Origin: Octopus vulgaris
Taxonomy: Eukaryota
Length of the DNA: 64,000 nucleotides
Assembly (NCBI GenBank): GCA_951406725.2
Contig: OX597824.1
Location: 71,548,001 to 71,612,000, forward strand
Direction of reading: 5' to 3'
The notes below the pieces were generated by a model that had not been told where the DNA came from, ran no database searches, and was given only the letters and a program-made list of their open reading frames with translations. Made by a program: the position numbers and the translations under genes. Below, in pieces: positions 51,791-64,000 of the stretch; positions within the stretch are counted from its first letter, which is position 1; every line of letters starts with the position of its first letter.

Positions 51791-52700
51791 CAAAACATAT
51801 TTGGAATTCCTTTCACTACTCTGATAATTCGCAGTGTTTTTACGATAGAAAAAGAATTTATATAGCTTAAAGATCTTTGTGCAAGCTGACTACTAAAAGT
51901 AAACATTGGTGATATGTCTCCTAATTTATCACTAATCTACTTTATAACTGAAATGGAAGATATACAATTCTTCCTCACTTTGTGCATGTAAACATACTTA
52001 GTTGTATAAAGTATTATTCACAGCAGCAGCAACATTTGTTACCTTTTTCTGACCCATTTAATGTGTTTTTATTCATGTGTTCTTTTTTTTTTTCTTTCTT
52101 TCTTTTTTGGTATTGAGAATAATCACAATTGTTGATTTGCATGTTGCATTCATAATGACCGCACTAATATTTGTATGTTTCTTTCATTTTTATTAACCTG
52201 GAACATTTGCATTTACCTATATACAACTGATGAATAAATAAAACAGCATTCAAGAAATATCAAATGAAATAAGTCTAAGTTTGTGCTGCATAATATGCTG
52301 AATAGTAATAACTAACGACAACAAATTAAGTAGAGAGAATGCCATATCACAAAGCTGACTTAGTTTCTTAGTAAAGAAACATAGCAGAGGGTGAGCGATC
52401 ATCTTACAGAATAAAACAAGAAGGTTCCTTGCAGACTTCTAAATGGCTCTGCCTAGGGTTCAGCTCTCCAGCTTTTTATAACCCCAACAGAATTTCTGTA
52501 ATGTTCAACCAGGCTATTTGGTAGGAAGACTCACACACTTTGAAGTTCACCAAATCATTTTTTACAAATCAGCCAATGCTGATTCATCAAACCATGTTCA
52601 TGTAAGTGTTTATGCCTTGTTTAGAAACATACTTATGCTGGGGTTCTAAGCTAGAAGCATTTGAACAAACTCAAGCATCCCCTCCAACTGAATATGCTGA

Positions 52701-53298
52701 GAGTGATAAAAATCAAACATCCAGTCAACATCATGATGTTTGGAGTGATTACTAGTGATTGCAACATTTATGCCTTCATCTTCCTACATGGCCTCTGACT
52801 CATCAAAAAGGCCTACATCAAGTGCCTGGAGGAAATAGTGCTAATCTGCATGAAGAGGGTGGCTGTTGGAAGATCTTGTGTCTGGCAATAGAACTCTGCA
52901 CCATGCCACACAAGCAGGAGAATCCAGTTATGGCTGTCAGACAATTTCTGTGACCACATCACCCCTTAACATCTGGCCACCTAACTCCCCAGACTGCAAC
53001 CCCCTTGATTATTATGTGTGGAGCGCAGTTGAGCAAGAGACCAACAAAACTCTTTGTAAAACCAAAGATGAACTGAAGGCAAGGATTATGGCAGCATTCA
53101 CCAACTAAAACAAGGAGACTGTCCAGAAGAGTTGCAAGAGATTTTGAAGTCATCTGGAGGCTGTGGTTGAAGCGAATGCCGATTTTATGGAATAAATTTA
53201 TTCATTAGTATTTCAAGTTATTTTTATATAATTTTGGTAAATATACCTGTGCTATTTTCATTTTTGTGTAACTTAGACAATATATTCACCGCACATTG
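52701..53298 (+). mobile_element. Second, 5'-truncated copy of the same maT-like element
   Basis: WPPNSPDCNPLDYYVWSAVEQETNK...; reverse-complement match to about 45128-45728. Confidence 0.88.
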
Positions 53299-55557
53299 TG
53301 TATGTATGCATGTATGAATGTGTGTGTATATATATATAATTAGATATATAGATAGATAATGATAGAGCTTCAAATGCAAATCTTTACAGTAATTAGTTAT
53401 GCTCATCTGGGTTCAAATCCCACTAATAATGAGCTATATCATGTAGTGTACCTTACTTGAAAAGAAGCTAGACTTGGTGTCAGGAAAAGAGCCACCCATT
53501 GAATAGTCTTAACCCTTTAGCATTTAGACTGGACATATCCAGCCCAAATATTCTACGTGTTTTATATTTGAATTAGCCAGATCTGGCTTCTCACATCTAC
53601 CCTACAATGTCATTCTAAAAATAAGCAATCACATTATCAAAATCTCAAAGCTTCAAAGTATGCAGGATTAATTCAAAGTAATGTGAATAAATAGGCATTA
53701 CATCTGACAAAGGAAATTGGAACACTAATGGGTTAAGAAGTCATATCTAACTCAAGCTAGATATATTGTGTAGAAAAATGCAACTGTGTTCTACCTGGAT
53801 CTTTTTTTTATGACAGCCTCTTCATATTTTCATATGAGTTCCTTACAGTTTGTTTGGAACAGTAAAGTTCTTAAATTCATCATGGTTTCAAGACCATCAG
53901 AAGTTCATATTCAGAATGGAGTACTATTGGTGTGTATTGCTGCCTCTTTATAGTTGCTGGGAGCCTACATTAAAGAGGTAGCAACGCATTGTTCCAAGTT
54001 AACTTGCAAGAAACATTGTTAAAAAAAACAAAACATGAACATAGGCATGTCTTCAATATAACATGCCTAAAAGATAAGCTGTTCCCCATATATATCTCTG
54101 TGTGTTTGTATTTGTGTAACTAGAAAAAAAAAAGCTTTATTGCATTGGCCCTCCCTACTATGAACTCACACAAACTCATGTGCAAATGGTTAAAGAGTAC
54201 TCAATATTTGAAGTTTTGTGCTTGATTTAGTTGCTTCTTAGTGTCTCACTATATACAATATCACAGGAACACTAATGTACTGCATTAAAAAAAAAGGGGG
54301 TAATGCATTGGATTATGCTACATGCATGTGCATATGCACACACACATGCTTATATGTGCACACACAAGCATGTGCACATGCACACACTCACACACACTCA
54401 CACACACACACACACAGTCAGAAATGCACAGACACTAATATAAATAGTACAGAAATGTGGAAAAAAAATTGTGTGCTGTGCTCATGCACACAGCAAATAG
54501 CTGACAAGTGATGATGATTCATTATTCATTGGCGGATGTGTTTCCTCTCTTTTACTAGACCTTTATTAAGACAGGGCTGTCATTGATATAAAGCAGGACA
54601 ATAATTATATCCACCCTACATAAAGATATGTTTGACCTGTAGCATCTGAAACTAGAAATCAACTTATTTGTTTTTTGCTGTACAGTGAAAAATGTAATCA
54701 TTTCACCTAATATGTTTCCTTGCAAAGTCATGTTAAAATAATCAGGCACATCACATGACTGTAAAAACCAGGACAAACAGTAAATTGCCAACATTTTGAA
54801 AACAGCAACAATAATATGGATAGATGGAGACCATCCTTCTGCTCATCTCATATGTTCAGGGTTTATTCAGATACATCGTCACCACCCAGTTGTTCCCATT
54901 CTCTCTTCTACACTACAGCAAGAAACCTGTTGTACTCTGCTCCCTTCCCTCATACTTTAAACCCTAATTTCCTAATATAAAGCTACCCTCTTGAGATTCA
55001 TGGTCTTGCAAACTGCATGGTGACCTCACTTGTGCTGGTAGCATGAAAATAAAAAGAACCCGGTACACAGTGTAAAGTTGTCAGTAGGAAAGGCAACTAG
55101 CTCTAGAAACCATGCTAAAGCAGACACTGGAGCATTATGCAATCCTTAGACCCATCAAATTCTCTCAAATCACCCAACCCATGCCAACATGGAACATGGA
55201 CAGTAAATAATGATGATATATATAAATACCATATACATATATATATATGTATTAGAAAAAGTGAGTGAACAAGCAAAACATGTGATGTAACTTAGTAAAC
55301 CAAACCAAGCCCTTATAATAATATGTATTATATTACATCATTAGACAAAATTTTATATAAATATATGTATATATACACATATATAACGGGAAGCTTTATG
55401 AAAATAAACAAAAGACGAAGGCAGGTGGAATACAAACAAACAATATATGTATGTGTGTGTGTGTTTGTATGTGTGCATATATATATGTATAGGTAGATTA
55501 TATACATATTACATATAGTTTATATACATGCACACACAAACATATACTCATACAAAC

Positions 55558-55588
<31 letters not shown>

Positions 55589-55789
55589 TACATATATGTA
55601 CATATGTGCATAAAGATATGGTAATTTACTCCAAGTTTCATCTCTAATTTCCCAATGAGACAATGAGTAGACTGTCAACTTCTGATCTAAACATACCTAT
55701 CCACTCTCTCAAACATATTAAGTTTTTTATCAGATAATACTACCTCTTTGTAAAATATAAATATATATTTGTATAAATCTTACTCACAT

Positions 55790-55845
<56 letters not shown>

Positions 55846-56097
55846 AAAATGTAACCACACATGGTCTGTTGGCAATTTGTTCTTCTCCTCCTTCCTGGGA
55901 CTTTCCCCTTTCTTCTTTCTAAGAGCTATGCTTGAAATGTTAAACTTATTGAATGTCAAACTAATGTACTTCTTTTCCACATCCTCACATTCATTGTTTT
56001 TCTTTTTACTTTTTTTTTTATCCATTTATTTGAATTGTCTGTTTATTTGAATTGACTATATATTTTTATTCTCTCTCTCTTTATTTTCTCATGTTCC

Positions 56098-56131
56098 TTT
56101 CTGTTGAAGAGCGTAGGCTCGAAACGTAAAA
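56098..56131 (+). ncRNA. Minimal hammerhead-like motif (non-canonical core) in a TA-flanked repeat
   Basis: TTT-CTGTTGA-a-GAGCgtagGCTC-GAA-ACGT-A-AAA. Palindromic ACGT helix III; core deviates from CUGANGA. Confidence 0.5.
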
Positions 56132-56804
56132 TACTTTCTCACCTTCCCAAGCATTAAACTAATACACCTGTTTGATGTTTACACACCTGTCTTCATCTTT
56201 TGTTTTTTGTAAATTCCTACTATATATACTATATACATACATATACACTCACACACACACACACGCGCACACATACAGGGAGAGAGATATGCATGTGTGA
56301 ATGAGTATATATATCTATATATTCAAAAACAATGCCTTCTCTCCTTAGTAGTCTGTATTTTTTATGTTCAATGGCTGTGTGGTAAGTAGCTTGCTTACCA
56401 ACCACATGGTTCTGGGTTCAGTCCCACTGTGTAGTGCCTTGGGCAAGTGTCTTCTAATATAGCCTCGGGCCATCCAAAGCCTTGTGGGTGGATTTGGTAG
56501 ATGGAAACTGAAAGAAACCCATCATATATGTATATATGTATGTGTGAGTGTATTTTTGTGTTTGTCCCCCCCCCCCGCACTATTGCTTGACAACGGATGC
56601 TGGTGTGTTTACGTCCCCATAACTTAGCAGTTTGGCAAAAGAGACTGTTAGAATAAATACTAGGCTTACAAAGAATAAGTCCTGGGGTCAATTTGCTCAA
56701 CTAAAGGCTGTGGCTCCAGCATGGCTGCAGTCAAATGACTGAAACAAGTAAAAAAATATAATATATATATATACTTGTATATGTGTGTTTATCTTCTGAA
56801 TATA

Positions 56805-56869
<65 letters not shown>

Positions 56870-59800
56870 ATGTATGTATGTATGTATGTATGTATAAAGC
56901 CTAATCATGTTTATCTGCATCACTATCCCCATATCAGCTTACCTGGACTTTTCTTATGCCCAGTCTTTATCCTGTGGACTTAGATTTCAGAGTGGACTTA
57001 GAATCATTCGAGCACTATGTGCTTTCTATACCAGGCATTTCTAGCTCTCACATTTTGACTGTATATATATTTATGTGCGTTGTTTTTTCTTTATTTTTTT
57101 ACTTGTTTGTGTCATAGGACTGCAGGCAAGTTGCACTGCTTCAAGAGTTTTGTCAGTCATTGATCCCATTACTTATTTTAAATCTGGTATTTGTTTTATC
57201 AGTCTCCTTTTGCTGAACTGCTAAATTACAGAGAAGACAACTCCACTACCAGTTGAGAAAACTGAAACGCAAAACACATGATGAAGCAAACCTATGTTCA
57301 AAGGCACTCTAGCCATAACAATCCCATCTGATTTTTATTTATTTTGAGACATAATGTATCTAAGACTATACTATTCAATGTGTCCTTTCATCTTTTTGCA
57401 AAGGTTAGTGGGAGGTTGAGATTTGGCTGCTGTATGATGGTGTGGAATATAGCTGCTGTTTCTAGCAGGTTGAGCAACTACCTACAGTCTCCCACCTCCT
57501 CGTTAGCTTGCATTCGCTATAGTGGTGTGGAGTGGCAGAGTATGGTTTCATATGTTGTAACATAGAACATTGTATTCGTATCTTATTTTCTTTCTATAGT
57601 TTCAGTGAGATTCTATTTCTATCCATAATTTCATTAAGGAAAAAGTAGAAAAAAAATGTAATTCATTATTGATTTCCAGCATTGATTTCAGTGACTTCGT
57701 TTTATTTATTTTTTGCTATCTGGTTGGGGAAAGAAAACGTGGAATGGAATAAGAGTTCTGACGACATCCATAGCAGTTCACTGATTCATCAGTATTGATC
57801 ATTATTTCTAAATACATACTTTATTTACCTTCACTCAAGGATTAATTGATTTGATCAATAGCTGCTGTTTAGTATTCATATTGGAAACAAATCAACTGTA
57901 ATCCTCCCTTATGTTGATCCTCGATAAGTTTCTTGGACATAAGCCTCCTCGTGCGATAGTATAATGCCCTGTGACTCAAATCAGCTCTTCTACTGCTTTC
58001 CCCTCTATTTTGTTTTTTCCATTTATCAACAGCATTAAAAACATTTAGTAATAAAGTAACCCAGTCTACATTATAAAATATGTTGTTTACAAGGTGATAG
58101 TGTGGCTGAATGGAAATTTGGTTGCTATTTTTAGCAGGTTTGGTAGCTATGTAGAGGCTTCTTCATTGGTTTGTAATTTTCATTTATGCAAATATAGGCA
58201 CATTATGCATAGTATTAGAATGACTAATAATGTGGGCAGTGGATATGATAGTATTAAAGGAAAAATGTTTGTGTTTTCTCTCACTCCTCCATGTTCTGAG
58301 GTCAAATACTACAGATACCGACTTAACTTTTGATTTCTCCCTCCCATCCAGAAATTAGTGACCTTCTGTAAGAAATCATTTCCAGCTCAGTACTTCATAA
58401 AATAAAGTACAAGTACAGGGGTTGATATCAATAGAGTTACCTGCTTCCCCTACATTTCAGACCCTGTGCCTTTGTTAGAAATAAATTATTTTTGTTGATT
58501 TAAGTGACTGTTTTCCACTCTTGAATTTTTAATTTTGTGTCTGTTAGAAGCAATTGTAGTTGTATGCATACACGTATCATTGAAAATTGCAACATTGGCT
58601 TGGTTTTTGCCTTATTTTTTACCAAATAATAATCATTCTAGAAAGACAACAGAGTAATACCATTAGTGGGAGATGGATGAAGTACTGTAACTTAATAAAT
58701 TAAGGGACGTTAAGAGAAGTTAAAAGCAATTAAGAACAGGACAAGAAAAGGTGAAAAGAATTTTTTTAAAAAATATTTTTTTCCTTTTAAGAAATATTGA
58801 AAAAAAACCCACTTAAAAAAAAAACAGTTATGACCATTATGATCATCATTTAATGTCCATATTCCATGCAGGCATGGGTTGAATGGTTTGGCAGGATCTG
58901 ATTGATCCAAGTACTGCATGATACTGTAGTGTCCCCTTTCACATGCTTTTCCTAATGCCAACCACTCTATGCTGTGTATTGGATGCATTTTTGTGCCACC
59001 AGCACTAATGATGTTGCCATGCAGTTTTTGAGACTATGAACTCTTAGGAAGATGGCTTTATGCTAGGAGATGAGGGGTTAAGATATGAGAAAAGGGGTCA
59101 GTGGCAAACAGGTTTCTCACTGTAGAAGAGCTGCATGGCTCCTCACATTTTAGAAGAGAGGGTGGAAGTGAAGCGGGGAAATATAGAAATAGTGATATTG
59201 AGGTTTCAGGGTGCATCTTCAAGGTAGTAGAAGTGAGGGGAGACAGAGGAAACAGAAGTGTGAATGGGTAGAGGTTGCAAGGGTGTATGAGGGAGTAAGA
59301 GATGTGTGATGGAGGAGGAGAGGTAGATAACAGCTGTAAAGATTGGGTAGTGTTTGAAGGCTAAAATTAATAAATAATTCCTTTCAAGTCTTCTTATTTG
59401 TAACAGGGGTAAAACCATATTGGTTTTAGTTTTGTATTTTCTACAATTATGAAGTCATTGAAACTGAGAAGTATCAACTGCTTCAACCAGCTGAACTTAT
59501 CTAGGGACATAAAATTTGTGACAGGATATGAACCATCATCAACTCTGATCAACAAGCCAGCATCTTATAAGCTGAGTTTTGCAATAATACATATGTTGTT
59601 GTTGTTGAACTGGTAACCAGAATATGTTCAGTTTGAATTATGAGTTGAATATTTGGAGATGTGGTCTTTGTCCTAAATGTTCTAAATATGACACAAGCAT
59701 GGCTGTGGTTAAGAAGTCCACTTTGCAACCACATGGTTTTTGGTTCAATACCACTGTGTGGCACTCTGAGCAAGTGTCTGCTTCTAGAGCCTCAGATTGA

Positions 59801-61596
59801 CCAAATCTAAGTGAATTTGGTAGTCTGAGACTCAGAAAAAATCTAATATATTTGCATTTGTGTTTACTTGTCTAGACTTTGTGCATTAATCAGAAACAAA
59901 CTTTTGTCATATAAGCAGTGACACTTGTTTGTTATCTTTTGTGGAAACATCCTGATTTGATGAAAATATTACCTTTCTTAGAAACGAGAGGATTGGCAAC
60001 AGGAAAAGCAATTAGCCATGACGAATCTCATTACCAAACAAGGAAAAATGGACATTTAAAAGTGGTGATGACAGTGGCTTGATTTTGTTTCGAAATTTCT
60101 AATCTTATATTACTGATGCTATTTGATTAATTCTACTAGATTGTGAAGTCTCTTTTACACATGTTAGTCATTGGACTGTGACTACACTGAGTTACTTCCT
60201 TGTAGGTTTTAGTCAATCTTATTGACTATAGTAGTTATTTAAGTCTAGTACTTTTCTTATTAATCCGTATTTAATGCACTGCTAAGTTACCGAACATAAA
60301 CCTATAACACCATTTTTCAAGCTCTGTTCACGTAAAGCCAGCAGTCACATTAAACAAACACACATGCATGTACACACAAATGACAGACTTTCACACAATT
60401 CCTGTGTATTAATTTTATTCGCAAGGCATTGGTCATCTTGAAGTTATAATAGAAGACATTTGTCAAAATACCATGCAGTGAGGCCAAATCTAAATCATGT
60501 AGTTGTTAAGACAGCTTAACAAACAGCCATGCCTGCATTAAGTCTGGTTTTTTTTTTGGTTTTTTTTTCTCAGTTTAAAACTATGAGCTCATTATTTGGG
60601 TCATTCATACACATGACAGTTAAGTTGTTTTATTTACAGATCAGTATTGGAATGTATTTACAGTCACATCTGTGATATGTATTAGATTTTTTATCTCTCT
60701 TCTTTTCTTTTTTTAATCAAGAAGGAACTTAGTACCCATGAAGGAAGGTAATATCCAATTTACAAGGCCTGTGAAACTGGTGGTGGGAGGGTGGAAAGAG
60801 GAAGGTACCCTTACACCAGAGACCAGGTTTGAGTTCTTAAAACAGAGCAGACTCTGTTAAAGCTACTTAAAATGCCAGATGGGGGTGTTAAACCTTCAAT
60901 GTTTAAATTGGCCAGATTTGGCCTCTCGCCCCCTACTCTGCAATGTCATTCTAAAAGCAAACAGTCACATCAAAGCTGCAAGATTAATTCAAAACAGTGT
61001 GAATAAATAAGACAAAATGCTTAACCTGATTACTAAAAGGTTAAAACAAGTAGACTCTGGTGGAATTTGAATTCAGAGTACAAAGAGCTGGAGCAAATAT
61101 GGCAAGGCATCTGGTCAGCTATTCATACTGTTCCACCAATTCACCACACTAGATTGAATCAAAGGCAAAGTTCAGTGGGATTTGATCTCGGAGTACAGAG
61201 AGTTGCAACAAGTACTGTAAAGTATTCTCCTATACTTTGCCAGTTAGCCACTTAATCACAGTTTATTGTGTTATTTGCATGAATTGCACAAAACTCAGGG
61301 TCATCATATTTAACATTTTTGTTCATTTTTTTTTTCTGGTTGTTTATTCTTCCTCTCTCTTATCCCTTCACAGCATGGACTTGGTTGTATTTTACATTCC
61401 ACTGGCCTAGAGATAGTGTTTGTGCTAGAGCTAAAGGGCACCTTATATCTGCTGTCAGTTGTTAAAAGAGCTACTGCGCTCTTTGGTGGCTTACCAAGCC
61501 CACAGCTTCTGTCTTCCTGTCACAAAATATATATTATCATCATCTTTGGTGACAATGAGCATCCAGCTCTAAAAAATTTGCATCATCAAATTTCAT

Positions 61597-62011
61597 CTAT
61601 GTGATTGACCATTATTAAGACAAAAGAGCTATTAGAATGACCGTTAAGCAAGGGCAAAGAACTGAAGGGAAGAAAGTAAAAATGCCCATAGAAATTATGT
61701 ATGCACACATGTACATACATACACATGCGCGCATACACACCCACACATATGGGTATGTGTGTGTGCGTGCATGTGCAGATATGTATATGTGTACATGTAT
61801 GTGTTTCACGTGAGTGTGAGTGAGCATATGCATATAGGCTCATGTACGTGGGTGTATGTGCACGCATGTGTATGTATGTACATGTGTGCATATGTGATTT
61901 CTATCAGCATTTTTACTTTTATACTTTTTTAATTTCTCCCCTTCAGTTCTTTCCCCTTATTTCACGATCATTCTAATAGCTCTTTTGTCTTAAAAACAGT
62001 CAATCACATAG
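61597..62011. repeat. Fold-back inverted repeat (about 150-bp arms) around a purine-pyrimidine microsatellite
   Basis: ctatgtgattgac...aagacaaaagagctattagaatga pairs with tcattctaatagctcttttgtctt...gtcaatcacatag. Confidence 0.9.
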
Positions 62012-62050
62012 TAATTTCCCTTTAACGATCATTTTCATAGCATTTTTTGA

Positions 62051-62125
62051 TTGCCTTGATAACTGACGAGATGCTGGAGCAGATTTCTGCTCCAACATCC
62101 GAAACTCGGAGTTTTATTATGGCAA
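62051..62125 (+). ncRNA. Type I hammerhead ribozyme motif
   Basis: Helix I TTGCCTTGATAA/TTATTATGGCAA; core CTGACGA (62063-62069); helix II GATG-CTGGAGCAGA-tt-TCTGCTCCAA-CATC; GAAA (62101-62104); palindromic helix III ACTC-g-GAGT; GUU triplet (62111-62113). Confidence 0.8.
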
Positions 62126-62208
62126 CCGAATAATTGTCACATATTATATTACAGATACACACACACACACATGTATGTATATGTGTATATATATATACAC
62201 ATATATAT

Positions 62209-63088
62209 TTGCCGACGATATCAAACTGGTCGCTCCTCGCGGTAATATAGAGGATCTTCGTCGATGCCTCCACCAAATTTGGAAGTGGTCTAACAATTGG
62301 GACCTGTGTCTGAACGTGTCAAAGTGCTGTCATCTGCCTGTCGGCTCTACTCCTGCAACTCAACTTGATTTCGAGCCGGGTCGTCTGCTGCTGGAGAGGG
62401 CCGATCAGGTAAAGGACCTAGGTATCTTGGTGGATTCCTCCTTTTCGCCTTCGGCCCAGTGCGTCCATGCTGCCAACAAAGCACGCAGAATTCTGTTCTT
62501 GATTCGACGGTCATTCGGAATGCTCACAGCAGCCATATTCTTACCACTCTATGTCACGCTGGTGAGACCCATATTGGAGTATGGGATTCAAGCCTCTTCT
62601 CCTTATCTCCTCAAAGACATACAGCATCTCGAAAGAGTCCAGAAGCTGGCTACCCGCATGGTTCATGGTCTCAAAAATTTGTCCTACGAAGAAAGGCTGA
62701 GGACGCTCGACCTTTATTCTCTTGAAAAACGCCACCGCCGTGGTGATCTCATTCTCGCCCACAACATCATAAGCGGAAAGTGTAACCTCTCGAAAGAGCT
62801 GTTCTTCACTCCTGCTCCAGAGCGTCGGCTGCGGGGTCATTCCGAAAAGCTCTACCTGCGACGATTTCATCTCAATCGAAGGAGAGGAGCTTTCTCCGTC
62901 CGGGTTGCAGATCCGTGGAACAAGCTGCCAGACGAGATGGTGAAGATGCCGACGACCGCTTTGTTCAAAGCCTCCCTTGACCTCAAGTGGCCTGAACTCT
63001 TTACATGAACACCACCCTGTACTTAACTCCATGTCCCCCTACATGGCCTTGCTATTTGCTTTTGAGCCAAATTAACTAACTAACTAAC
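62209..63088 (+). mobile_element. 5'-truncated CR1/L2-clade LINE with an uninterrupted RT C-terminal frame
   Basis: FADDIKL, LYVTLVRPILEY, LERVQKLATRMV, RRGDLI, FSVRVADPWNKLP; stop at 63008; (TAAC)n tail. GC-rich, inserted in an (AT)n tract. Confidence 0.93.
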
Positions 63089-63097
63089 ATATATATA

Positions 63098-64000
63098 TCT
63101 CTTATTATAAAAGGCAGATTTTATCTGCCTCCCTTTGTAATTTATAGAAATCTACAATATAGGATTTCTTCAATTACAATTTACTTAGCATTTTTAAGAG
63201 TAGAATGCATCGGGTCATGCCAGGTCCGGTTTTTAAAATTTCAACCCCAATTAAGCAAAATTTAGAGAAAACTCACATTCTGGTGTATATGTCAAATGTT
63301 TTTCTTAATGTGGGATACACCACACGCAAACGCACACACACACAAAGGGAGCGACTGTTTCACTGACGCTATCACCCTTCTCCTCCTTTGTCTTTGCAAG
63401 TTTGCAGCTATTAAAGTGAAAACAATGAATCCGACAGCGATTAAGAAAATGAATTGGTACCTGAATGGAGTGAAAATTTAAAAAAGTTATAGTTGTTTAA
63501 TGAAACCAGACTAAATTTATGATTACGTTAGAAATTAATTGAAACACATAAGGGGTGTAATTTGGTCAGAAATATAGTAACGAAAGGGTTAAGAAAAACA
63601 AAAAAATATTTTATTCTTTATAAATGTTGTATTCAAAATAACATTTTCTTTTAAGAATGTGTATATAACAAAGTATGTGTATATAACTACGTGACTTATA
63701 TCTTTATATATAAGAGTGAAGTTGTGTGTCTGTCTCCTACGATTTAGATTCGTAACGACTCCCACATTTTGCGGTGCAGTGTAACCCAAAACCGGGTATC
63801 TTATAGTCGTGATTCATATTGAGCCCTTCTGGGTATTAGCACGCGTCTACGATGAGTCTACGATTTAAAAAAATTTACCATCATATTTTTCCATTTTAAT
63901 GCATTTTTTTTGCTATTATGTAAGGGAAGTAACTCTCTAAAAATATCTACGATGTGTCAACGATTTAAAATGAAATTTACCTTAATTTTTTTTCCATTTT
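63098..64000 (+). mobile_element. Two Helitron-like non-autonomous 5' ends (63098 and 63701)
   Basis: A|TC starts with TATAA-rich leaders (TCTCTTATTATAAAAGGCAG; TCTTTATATATAAGAGTGAAG...TGTGTCTGTC). No CTAG 3' end seen. Confidence 0.45.

Noticed and set aside
54300-54420. Alternating purine-pyrimidine tract as a Z-DNA regulatory element
   Set aside because: Such decayed (CA/TG)n tracts are ubiquitous in the window and nothing singles this one out.
57750-57795. CTGACGA (plus) and CTGATGA (minus) close together
   Set aside because: Neither is followed by a stem plus GAAA.
62541-63032. 163-aa antisense ORF and 88-aa alternate-frame ORF
   Set aside because: Shadows of the GC-rich LINE coding sequence.
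1-64000. CRISPR arrays, operons, rRNA or prokaryotic defence systems
   Set aside because: The window is spliced eukaryotic DNA, with no repeat-spacer array or rRNA-like sequence.

Overview
AT-rich, microsatellite- and SINE-dense eukaryotic genomic DNA. The repeat families and gene structure suggest an octopod cephalopod (inference from memory, not a database result). Three spliced genes are readable. (1) The last three coding exons of Akt/PKB (+, stop at 7605). (2) A complete 5-exon, 184-codon ARL2 (-, 40249 to 29088), whose first intron has U12 (minor-spliceosome) signals and hosts a mariner. (3) Head-to-head with ARL2 across a 620-bp promoter with internal duplications, the first coding exon of a PX-domain RPS6KC1/SNX15-family gene (+, 40870-40974); its first intron appears to run off the window. 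The rest is decayed transposons: RTE, CR1/L2 and Hero-like LINEs, Tc1/mariner, piggyBac- and hAT-type MITEs, Helitron-like ends and at least five SINE families. The most striking unannotated signal is a set of sequence-diverse type I hammerhead-ribozyme motifs. They include a well-formed one at 62051-62125, two back-to-back copies forming a 163-bp near-perfect palindrome at 44422-44584, and one per unit in a ~320-345-bp tandem repeat in the last Akt intron. Several are associated with fold-back duplications and (TA)n/(CA)n tracts, pointing to Penelope-like or retrozyme-like ribozyme-bearing elements. All folds were done by eye.
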